DNA from: Bryobacterales bacterium
GTDB taxonomy: Bacteria; Acidobacteriota; Terriglobia; Bryobacterales; UBA6623
Length of the DNA: 64,000 nt
Reading direction: 5' to 3'
NCBI GenBank assembly: GCA_963422375.2
Contig: OY729428.2
Location: 960,001 to 1,024,000, forward strand
The notes below the pieces were generated by a model. That model ran no database searches, was not told the origin of the DNA, and saw nothing but the letters and a program-made list of their open reading frames with translations. The translations under genes were made by a program, and so were the position numbers. Shown one piece after another: positions 29,325 to 37,649 of this stretch (its first letter is position 1; each line of letters opens with the position of its first letter).

Positions 29325-30725
29325 TCAGGCCAGGAGCTTCCTCACGACCTTCCCGTGGACGTCCGTCAGGCGGAAGTCGCGCCCCTGGCTACGGTAGGTG
29401 AGCTTGGTGTGGTCGAATCCCAGCAGGTGAAGGACGGTCGCATGCAGGTCATGCACGTGAACCTGATCCTCGACGGACTTGAAACCTAAGTCGTCGGTCC
29501 GCCCCAAGGTGAAGCCCGGCCGGATGCCCGCCCCGGCCAGCCAGGTCGTGAAGGCGCCCGGATGGTGGTCGCGGCCGTCGCCGATGCCGTTCGTATCCTG
29601 CGTCATCGGCGTCCGCCCGAACTCGCCGCCCCAGATCACCAACGTCTCGTCGAGCATTCCCCGCCGCTTCAGGTCCTTGATCAGCGCGGCGGATCCTTGG
29701 TCCACGTCCCGGGCGACATCCCTGATGCCCTTGGTCAGGTTGGCGTGGTGATCCCAGGCCTCGTGGTAGAGCTGCACGAAGCGCACGCCCTTCTCGACCA
29801 GCCGACGGGCCAGCAGGCAGTTGCTGGCGAACGAGGCCCTGCCCGGCTCGGCCCCGTACAGATCCAAGGTCTCGCGCGGCTCGCTCGAGAGGTCCATCAG
29901 ATCGGGCGCGGCGGACTGCATTCGGAAGGCCAGCTCGAACGAGCGGATCCGCGTCTCGATCTCGGGATCCCCGGTCCGCTCGTACTCCAAGCGGTTCATG
30001 CCGTTGATCGCGTCCAGCGTGTCCCGCTGCAGGCGCTCGGTGAAGCCGGGCGGGTTGGAGAGGAACAGCACGGGGTCCCCGCCGGACCGGAACGGCACGC
30101 CTTGGTAGACCGTCGGCAGGAAGCCGGACCCCCAGATCGCCGTGCCCGCGCTCGGCCCGGAATCCGACGAGTTCAGGACGATGAAGCCGGGGAGGTCCTC
30201 CGACTCACTGCCCAGCCCGTACGTCACCCAAGCGCCCATGCTCGGCCGCCCGAACTGCTGCGCGCCGGTGCTCATGAGCAGCTGCGCGGGCGCGTGGTTG
30301 AAGGCGTCAGTCACCGTGGAGCGGACGAATGCAACGTCGTCGACCACGGTCGCCACGTGCGGCAGGAGTTCGGAGATTTCGAAGCCGCACCGGCCGGCCT
30401 TCCGGAAGCCGTACTTCGGCCCGAGCAGCTTCGAGTTCGGATCGATGAACGCGGCACGATAACCCTCGAGCATCTCCGTCGGAGGCAGACTGCCGTCGAA
30501 CCTAGCCAGCTCGGGCTTGTAGTCGAAGAGCTCGAGGTGGCTCGGGCCCCCGGCTTGGAACAGGAAAATGACGCTCCGGGCCTTCCGCGCGTAGTGCGGC
30601 GCCCGGACCGCCCCTCCGGCCTCGCCCGCCGCCAGGTGCGCGGCTGCCGCGGCCCCGATCCCGAAGCCGCATTGCTGCAGAAACCACCGGCGCGCGACAA
30701 GGTTCGCCGAGTCGGTCGGGGTCAT
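29325..30725 (-). CDS. DUF1501 family protein (copy 2)
   Basis: ARRWFL Tat-like motif; FLFQAGGPSHLELFD, WGGEFGRTP, GRDHH, VHVHDLHAT. ATGA overlap with the upstream PSD1 gene. Confidence 0.92.
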   Translation of the reverse strand: MTPTDSANLVARRWFLQQCGFGIGAAAAAHLAAGEAGGAVRAPHYARKARSVIFLFQAGGPSHLELFDYKPELARFDGSLPPTEMLEGYRAAFIDPNSKLLGPKYGFRKAGRCGFEISELLPHVATVVDDVAFVRSTVTDAFNHAPAQLLMSTGAQQFGRPSMGAWVTYGLGSESEDLPGFIVLNSSDSGPSAGTAIWGSGFLPTVYQGVPFRSGGDPVLFLSNPPGFTERLQRDTLDAINGMNRLEYERTGDPEIETRIRSFELAFRMQSAAPDLMDLSSEPRETLDLYGAEPGRASFASNCLLARRLVEKGVRFVQLYHEAWDHHANLTKGIRDVARDVDQGSAALIKDLKRRGMLDETLVIWGGEFGRTPMTQDTNGIGDGRDHHPGAFTTWLAGAGIRPGFTLGRTDDLGFKSVEDQVHVHDLHATVLHLLGFDHTKLTYRSQGRDFRLTDVHGKVVRKLLA

Positions 30726-33700
30726 TGCTTCGAAATCGTCTCGTCGAGATTGAGCAGCGCCCTGGCGACGACGGTCCAAGCCGCCGCGGCGTCGGGACGA
30801 GCGCCATCTTCCGGGTCGGCGACGGCGATCTGCCACGGGTCGAGATCACCCTCGGCCAGCTGCGCCCGGGTGTTGGCGAGCAGCCCGCGAAACAGGCTGG
30901 CCTCCTCGGGGCGCGGCTCCCGGGACAGGCACAGCCGGAACGCGTGCGCGAGCCGTGCCTCGTCGCCCGCCGCTTCCGCGACCGTGCGCCGGCCAAGGCT
31001 CCTGGCCGCCTCCACGAACAGGTCCTCGTTGAGCGTCGTGAGCGCCTGGAGAGGCGTGTTGGACCGGCTGCGGCGAACGCAGGCCGTCGCTCCGTTGGGA
31101 GCGTCGAACGTCTCGAAGGCGGGATACGGCGCCGAGATGTACTGGAAGGTGTAGAGCCCGCGCCGGTACCGATCACCGCCCTCCGAGGAGGGCCACGGCT
31201 TCTCGGAGAAGCTGATCGGCGGCTTGAACAGCAGCTCCGGGGCCGGCGGATGCACGGGCGGGCCGCCCACGCGCCGCGAGAGCAGCCCGCTGGCGGCCAA
31301 GGCGATGTCGCGGACGATTTCCGCGTCGGCCCGGTGGCGTGGCCCGCGGGAGAGGAGCCGGTTGTCCGGATCGACGGCGCGGGCGCGCTCGGTCTGGCGC
31401 GCGGACTGCCGGTACGTCTCGGAGGTCACGATCAGCCGGTGCAGGTGCTTGAGGCTCCACCCGGCGTCCATGAATTCCACCGCGAGCCAGTCCAGCAGCT
31501 GGGGATGGGAGGGGCTCTCCCCTTGCGTCCCGAAGTCCTCGGGGGTCGCGACCAGGCCGGTACCGAAGTAGGCCTGCCAGATCCGGTTCACGATAGCGCG
31601 GGCCGCCGTGGGCGAGCGGCGGTCGACCAGCCACTCGGCGAATGCTAGCCGCGAGCGCGGCGCACCCTCGGGCAGCTCGTGCAGGAATCCGGGCACGCCG
31701 GCGTCCACCCGCTCGCCCGGTTCCAAGAAGTCGCCCCGGCGCAAAACATGCGTGTCTCGCGGAGCGGGGCGCTCCGCGAGAACCAGCTGCGTTTGGCCTT
31801 GCGGATACCGACTCCAGTGCTCGTCGATGAGTCGGTTCGCCTCGGACCATGCGGGCACGGTGGTCCGCCAGTACCTGAAGACCTCTCTCGTTGCTGAGCG
31901 GGAGCGGGAGGCGCTGCCCAGCTCCACGATTTCCCGCACCCGGGCGGGGAGCGGGTCCGCCACGGGATCGGGCGCGTCCGTGACGGCCAAGCGGATGCGC
32001 CCCAGGTTGTTGTTCTGCCCCACATTGCTGTCGTAGCCCCCGTGGCTCTGGTCCAGGTAGACCGTCAGCAGCGACCCGTCAGGATGCCTGACCGGCCGGT
32101 CGAGGACGAAGACCGCCTTGCGCGGCTGGTTGCTGCGCCCGTGACCGGCGAAAAGATCCCAAGCCGAGTCGGTACAGCCGTCGATGGCGAATTCCACGGG
32201 ACCGGCGCGGCGCACGAAGCCTTCCTTGTGCGGAAAGACCGCCGGGTCGAGTTCGCGCTCGGGCAGGTCGATGTCGGCCGTGGCTGTTCGGATCCAGACT
32301 TCGCGCGTGTCCTCGGGAGAGCCGGCCGGTGCCGCTTCCACGCGAACCTCGCTGAGAGCCCCGCTGCCGTAGACCGAGCGGCCGGGCCCGCCGAGAGGGA
32401 GGTTGGGATCGGTTAGGACCTCGAGCCGGATCGCCGTGACCTCGGGCAGATCGGTCCGCGCCACCAGCTTCGCCACGTGCTCGGTCGGCGCGTAGCCCTG
32501 GGCCAGCAACGATCCGTCCGGCTGGGGCAGGTACCGCTGGCCGCCCGTGGACAGGTCGTCCACTTCGAGCGCTAGGACCGTCCAGCGGGGCTGGCCGCCG
32601 CGAACCGACTCCTCCCAAGCCTCCATGTGCGAGGCCCAGTCCGGGCTGTCGCGCATCAGGCCGTCCTCGATAGCGCGGATGCCGTCGAAAACAGAGTCGC
32701 GGCGGATGCGGTCCTCTTCCGTGTAGACCGCGACCTTGGCCTCGTCGGCACTGTTCAGGAAGGCGAACAGACGGTAATAGTCCTCGTGAGTGAACGGATC
32801 GTACTTGTGCGAGTGGCACTGGGCGCACTGGACGGTAAGCCCGAGGATTCCCTTGCCGATCGCGTCCATGCGGTCGAAGAGCGCTTCCATGCGGAACTGC
32901 TCGGGGTCGGTGCCGCCCTCCTCGTTGACCATCGAGTTGCGCAGGTAGCCGGTCGCGATCTGGTGGGCCTGGGTGGCACCGGGAAGAAGGTCGCCCGCGA
33001 TCTGTTCGACCACAAAGCGGTCGTAGGGCATGTCCCGGTTCAGGGCGTCCACCACCCAGTCGCGGTAGAACCAGACTTGCCGCGGCATGTCCTTCTCGTA
33101 GCCGTCGGAATCCGCATAGCGCGCGGCGTCCAGCCAGAGCCGGCCCCAGCGCTCCCCGTAGTGCGGCGAGGAGAGCAGGCGGTCGGCCAGGCGGTCGAAG
33201 TCCCGGTCCGCCATGAACGAATCCAGTTCGTCCAGAGAGGGCGGCAGCCCCGTCAGGTCGAGGCTGAGGCGGCGCAACAGCGTGGCATCGCCTGCCCTCG
33301 GCATGGGCTCGAGACCTGCCTGCCGAAGCCGCGCCCGGACGAACGTGTCGATCGGGTGACCCGACTCGCCGGACCGTAGGGACGGTCGCAGGGGAGCCGC
33401 GAACGCCCAGTGACGTGCAGGAGCGGTCGGCTCGGGGCCCACGCCCGCCGGCCACCGCGCACCGTTCTCGATCCACTCACGGATGGCATCAATCTGCGCG
33501 GGGGAGAGCTGGCCGCCCATCGGCATCCGCGGGCCGTCGCTCAGGCCTGCCACGCGGCGGTAGAGCTCGCTCCGCTCTGGCTGACCCGGCACCAGCAAGC
33601 CGGCCGGCGCGTCGTCGCCGACCACCGCTGCCCGGGCGTCGAGACGCAGTCCGCGCATCCGCTGCTGCGGGCCGTGACACTCGAAGCACGACTCCCTAAG

Positions 33701-33811
33701 GATCGGGAACACGCGGCTCTCGAAGGGGAGCTGGGCATGCGCGGCTGGAAGCGCCCCGGCCAACGCCGCCGCGCAAGCCCAGAACCAAGTCCGACCATAC
33801 CCGCTAAGCAC
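30722..33811 (-). CDS. PSD1/planctomycete cytochrome c protein with a large central insert (copy 2)
   Basis: Signal peptide; CFECH and CAQCHSHKYDP; YGERWGRLWLDAARYADS; PSHPQLLDWLA; NTPLQALTTLN. Confidence 0.92.
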   Translation of the reverse strand: MLSGYGRTWFWACAAALAGALPAAHAQLPFESRVFPILRESCFECHGPQQRMRGLRLDARAAVVGDDAPAGLLVPGQPERSELYRRVAGLSDGPRMPMGGQLSPAQIDAIREWIENGARWPAGVGPEPTAPARHWAFAAPLRPSLRSGESGHPIDTFVRARLRQAGLEPMPRAGDATLLRRLSLDLTGLPPSLDELDSFMADRDFDRLADRLLSSPHYGERWGRLWLDAARYADSDGYEKDMPRQVWFYRDWVVDALNRDMPYDRFVVEQIAGDLLPGATQAHQIATGYLRNSMVNEEGGTDPEQFRMEALFDRMDAIGKGILGLTVQCAQCHSHKYDPFTHEDYYRLFAFLNSADEAKVAVYTEEDRIRRDSVFDGIRAIEDGLMRDSPDWASHMEAWEESVRGGQPRWTVLALEVDDLSTGGQRYLPQPDGSLLAQGYAPTEHVAKLVARTDLPEVTAIRLEVLTDPNLPLGGPGRSVYGSGALSEVRVEAAPAGSPEDTREVWIRTATADIDLPERELDPAVFPHKEGFVRRAGPVEFAIDGCTDSAWDLFAGHGRSNQPRKAVFVLDRPVRHPDGSLLTVYLDQSHGGYDSNVGQNNNLGRIRLAVTDAPDPVADPLPARVREIVELGSASRSRSATREVFRYWRTTVPAWSEANRLIDEHWSRYPQGQTQLVLAERPAPRDTHVLRRGDFLEPGERVDAGVPGFLHELPEGAPRSRLAFAEWLVDRRSPTAARAIVNRIWQAYFGTGLVATPEDFGTQGESPSHPQLLDWLAVEFMDAGWSLKHLHRLIVTSETYRQSARQTERARAVDPDNRLLSRGPRHRADAEIVRDIALAASGLLSRRVGGPPVHPPAPELLFKPPISFSEKPWPSSEGGDRYRRGLYTFQYISAPYPAFETFDAPNGATACVRRSRSNTPLQALTTLNEDLFVEAARSLGRRTVAEAAGDEARLAHAFRLCLSREPRPEEASLFRGLLANTRAQLAEGDLDPWQIAVADPEDGARPDAAAAWTVVARALLNLDETISKQ

Positions 33812-33829
33812 GAAGCCCTCGCCAGCGCT

Positions 33830-33838
33830 AATCTAGCA
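33830..33838 (-). promoter_or_regulatory. Putative extended -10 element (TGcTAGATT) for PSD1 copy 2
   Basis: TGn + TAGATT 18 nt upstream of GTG 33811, a similar spacing to copy 1. Confidence 0.35.
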
Positions 33839-33900
33839 CCGCCGCGGCCCGGCTTGCCGGGGTCGCAGCCAGCCATCCGACTTGCTGGCAGGCAGCGCTG

Positions 33901-34548
33901 ATGCGCGCCCAAGCGGAGGCGGCCCGGGGCCAAGAGAATGACGCGGAGGCGCACTTCCTGCGGGCGTGCGAGATCGCGCCGAACCAGCCGGAGCCTAGGC
34001 TCCAGCTCGGCGTGTTCTACAACGGTCGGCAGCAGCACGGAAGGGCGGCGGAACAGTTCAGGAAGGTGCTCGCTCTGCAGCCGGCGGATCCCCGCTCCTA
34101 CGACTATCTGGGACTGAGCCTCGAAGCTCAGGGGGAGTTTGACAAGGCGGAATCCTCATTCCGCATGGGCCTGGCCAAGAACTCGGGTCCCCGGTTCGAT
34201 CCGATGCTCCACCACAACTTCGGCCGGCACCTGATGAAGCGGAATCGGCTCGCCGAGGCCGGGAAGCACTTGGACGAGGCGCTCCGCCTCGTCCCGAACG
34301 TGCGCGCCGTCCGCTACGAGCGCGCGAGGCTGGCCGAAATGGAAGGGAATCTGAACGGCGCGCGCTCGCACGCGGAGGCGGCCCTGAGACTCCCGGATCC
34401 GGGCGGAGTCATTCTGGACATGCAGGTCCATTACTTGCTTTCGCGCATCTTCAGAGCGCTCGGCGAGACCGACATAGCGGCGAAGTACGCGGCCTTGAGC
34501 CGAGAGGCCGATATCCCGCTGGACGCGAGGCGACGGTCCGGGCGCTAG
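33901..34548 (+). CDS. TPR protein, possibly 5'-truncated
   Basis: TPR motifs throughout. The frame stays open and TPR-like back to a TAA at 33829; no signal peptide. Confidence 0.7.
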   Translation: MRAQAEAARGQENDAEAHFLRACEIAPNQPEPRLQLGVFYNGRQQHGRAAEQFRKVLALQPADPRSYDYLGLSLEAQGEFDKAESSFRMGLAKNSGPRFDPMLHHNFGRHLMKRNRLAEAGKHLDEALRLVPNVRAVRYERARLAEMEGNLNGARSHAEAALRLPDPGGVILDMQVHYLLSRIFRALGETDIAAKYAALSREADIPLDARRRSGR

Positions 34549-34924
34549 CGCGCCGGTCAACCCGAGTCGGAGCGGACGTTCGAGGAGGCGATTGCGCGGA
34601 GCCTGCTGCGGCCCCTTCCGAGAGGCACTGTTCCTCGAGTCCCCCAACCGGCTGGGGACGCCTCGCTCCCTGCAGGAATCGCGGATACGGTAAGCCGCGA
34701 TTTCGTTGCACAGTCAGCTGGCGAGAAGAGACTCCACCGCAATTCCAAACACACGGCTCGGCACTGCCCGCCGAGGGAGGCAGCGGTGTCGGACACGCAT
34801 CCAACTGGATAAGAAGATTTCTCTTCCGGGCAGGCCACCAACAGAGATACGGCCACCTTCGCCTTGGGAATCCGGTTCAATAGTCACTGTGAGCTCGCAC
34901 GCCGAGTCCGTCCAAGATCTTCAT

Positions 34925-35959
34925 CTATAGCCATCCCTTGTTCTTCAGAACATCCGCTGCCAACTGGATTTTCCCGCGTGAGAATCGCTTCTTCCGATCA
35001 TCCCATCCGTGGACTTTCCTGATGACTTTGTCAATCGGTCTGGTCGCCTCGTGAACAAGGACCCAATGCACGGTTGAAAGGAGTTCGAGACTCTCATCCG
35101 TCTCGAATCCCTCAATAAGATCTACAACTTTGTCAAAGTGAGCGCATGTAATGGCTGATCCATCAAGAACTTCTTTCGCTCTATCAACCGCCTCACTCTT
35201 AGGCTCGATCTTCCTAAATCGATCATCTCCTCCATCCAAGTATCCAGATATAAAGTGACCGTCTATCGCGTTTAACATTTGGAGAAGATTCTCGGCATAG
35301 GGGCCATAGGGCCCCTTTACATATCTCAGATTCAGCTGCTCGCCGACGCACTGCATAAAATACATCAGTTCATGTATTTCTAAGAGCGTGACATACGGCT
35401 CAAAAAGACCACGCAAGAATCGATCCATCAAGCCAATCAAGGCAGCTCGACCAGGGGTCATAGTTGGGGTCGTCTTCGCCGGAACAGCGTTGACTCTTGA
35501 TGGTTGATCATGTGGCTCAAATACGATGATTTCTACACCCTTCAAGTCTCCCAATGATCGCTCTATCCGAGGGCGTACTTCGGTCCAGTTGAGACTGCCA
35601 AGCCCGCTACCCAGTGGCGGAACTGCGATAGAAGTGATTTTCCGTGCTCGGATTAGATCGGCAAGTGAATCCAATCCAGCTTCAATGTCTGCGATCAAGC
35701 TCTCGTTGTTCCAGTGTCTCTTGGCCGGAAAATTGATGATGTATCGAGGATTATTAGGTTGACCTGTCTTGAAGACAAACATAATTTCCGGACGTACTTG
35801 ATCGCGATGGCAGGCACTTGCGTAGGCCCGAAAATTCGCCGGAAATCTTTCTTTGAATTGAAGCGAGATACCGCGACCGATGACTCCCACGCAATTGACA
35901 GCGTTCACGAGCGCTTCTACGTCTTCATCAAATAGGTCGCCAGTCGAGAAGCGGATCAT
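34925..35959 (-). CDS. darG: DarG-like macrodomain antitoxin (DNA ADP-ribosyl glycohydrolase)
   Basis: GDLF...ALVNAVNCVGVIGRGISLQFK, IINFPAKRHW, SIAVPPLGSGLG; DarG-like C-terminal region (YFMQ...GPYGPYAENL, IEGFE...LELLSTVHW); clearly lower GC than its flanks. Confidence 0.88.
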   Translation of the reverse strand: MIRFSTGDLFDEDVEALVNAVNCVGVIGRGISLQFKERFPANFRAYASACHRDQVRPEIMFVFKTGQPNNPRYIINFPAKRHWNNESLIADIEAGLDSLADLIRARKITSIAVPPLGSGLGSLNWTEVRPRIERSLGDLKGVEIIVFEPHDQPSRVNAVPAKTTPTMTPGRAALIGLMDRFLRGLFEPYVTLLEIHELMYFMQCVGEQLNLRYVKGPYGPYAENLLQMLNAIDGHFISGYLDGGDDRFRKIEPKSEAVDRAKEVLDGSAITCAHFDKVVDLIEGFETDESLELLSTVHWVLVHEATRPIDKVIRKVHGWDDRKKRFSRGKIQLAADVLKNKGWL

Positions 35960-36028
35960 GTCACCAATCCAATCAACTATATCGCCGTGAGTCAAACTCG
36001 ATTGATTCTTCTTGTGAATCGATCAAGT

Positions 36029-37594
36029 CTACCAGTGGACAATATAGAGCGCTACGAATACCGCTACAGTGAGCGCCCACCACAGGCTTACCCTGCGATA
36101 GAGCGGATACCCGGCCAAGGTGATCGCCCGCGGGATTCGAAGCACAGCACGCGACCAGATTACGCGCTCCACGGATTTGGCGCTGGGTGGGGGAGTTATC
36201 CAACTGAGCAGTGCCATGCAACCCATGGACGCCACGTAGACGATGCCCGCGATGTTGAATGCGTTCATTTCGACTCCGGCCGCTCGCAGCCAGTACGGCA
36301 GCACGAACATCGGAAAGCAGATTCCAAGCGTCCAAGCGGCCGCCGCGGCGGTGGCTCGCCGCCAGAACACAGCGAGCAGGAAGATTGCCATAATCGGCGC
36401 CGCGATCAGAAACCAGCACTCTTGGAAATAGGAGAAGATGTTGTCGAAGCGCATGACGGTCGGCGCCCAGATAGCCCCGACCACGATGATTGCGACACCG
36501 GACCACCTTCCGACCCGGATGAGATCCCTCTCGCTTGCGTCCCTCCGGCAAACGCCCTTATAGAGGTCGATGGTCAGAATGGTGGCGCTTGAATTGACCA
36601 GCGCCTGGATGGTCGACATGATCGCGCCGCAGAGACCGGCGAGAATCAGCCCGCGCAGCCCGCCGGGGATCACGGTCTTGATCAGGAAGGGAAGCGCCTC
36701 GTCTCCGGAAGCGAGCTCCGGCTGGATCGCGTACGCCACCATTCCCGGAAAGATGTAGGCAAGAGCCGTGAACACGCCTAGGAAGCACGCCAGGACGATT
36801 CCCATGCGGGCATGCCACTCGTCCTTAGCGCCCAGCGAATTCTGATTGATGTACTGATTGGTGCAGAAGTACCAAGGTCCTGTCGAAAAGGCGAGGACGA
36901 CCATCGCCGTCCACGGCAGCTCGGGATCCGAAGCGGGGAGCACGAGATGCGCCCGCTCCCCGACGCCCACGATCGCCTCCCAGCCGCCCTCGACCTGGCT
37001 CATTCCCAAGAAGAAAACAAGCAGCCCGCCACCGATCAGGAGCGCGGACTGGAAGACCTGAGTCCACGCCACCGAACTCATCCCGCCGTACACCGTCAGC
37101 GTGCCGGACAGGATCGCAAGCCCCCAGATCCCGGCCTGCATGGGAATCCCGAGCATCTGCTCGAGCAGGTAGGCGCCCGAGAAGATCACTCCCGCGAGAT
37201 TGATGAAGACGTAGCTGATGACGCTGATGACCGCGTACATCCGCCGCACCGTCAGGCTGTAGCGAAGTTCGAGGAACTCCGGCATGGTGACGACACGGTT
37301 GCGCAGGTACACCGGCAGGAACACGCCGACGAGAAGGCTGTAGCCGATGAAGTTGAGCCACTCCCAGTTCGCGACGGCCATGCCGTGCGTGTAGGCGTAC
37401 CCGACGACCCCGACGAGCTGCTCCGTACTCAGCGAGGCTCCGATCGTGGAGAAGCCTATGACGGCCCAGGAGAGCCTGCCGGAGGCTAGGAAGAAGTCAC
37501 GCGAGGAGGCGGCCTTCTTCCTGCCCGCCCAGAAGCCGATCGCCAACGCCGCGACGAAGTACGCGACGAAAACGGCCTGGTCGAATATACCCAT
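36029..37594 (-). CDS. Sodium:solute symporter (SSS/SLC5 family, sugar-type)
   Basis: Multiple TM helices; DFFLASG, TMPEFLELRY, YGGMSSV, WYFCTNQYINQ, GLRGLILAG...AIMST. Confidence 0.92.
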   Translation of the reverse strand: MGIFDQAVFVAYFVAALAIGFWAGRKKAASSRDFFLASGRLSWAVIGFSTIGASLSTEQLVGVVGYAYTHGMAVANWEWLNFIGYSLLVGVFLPVYLRNRVVTMPEFLELRYSLTVRRMYAVISVISYVFINLAGVIFSGAYLLEQMLGIPMQAGIWGLAILSGTLTVYGGMSSVAWTQVFQSALLIGGGLLVFFLGMSQVEGGWEAIVGVGERAHLVLPASDPELPWTAMVVLAFSTGPWYFCTNQYINQNSLGAKDEWHARMGIVLACFLGVFTALAYIFPGMVAYAIQPELASGDEALPFLIKTVIPGGLRGLILAGLCGAIMSTIQALVNSSATILTIDLYKGVCRRDASERDLIRVGRWSGVAIIVVGAIWAPTVMRFDNIFSYFQECWFLIAAPIMAIFLLAVFWRRATAAAAAWTLGICFPMFVLPYWLRAAGVEMNAFNIAGIVYVASMGCMALLSWITPPPSAKSVERVIWSRAVLRIPRAITLAGYPLYRRVSLWWALTVAVFVALYIVHW

Positions 37595-37649
37595 GTCGTC
37601 GCCTTCCGGCGCGCTCTCTGTCTCCGTTGCCGCCGCCGGGGCGGAGGCC

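Noticed and set aside
34549..34924. Possible darT or other partner gene downstream of darG
   Set aside because: Translations show no DarT-like motifs and no convincing ORF
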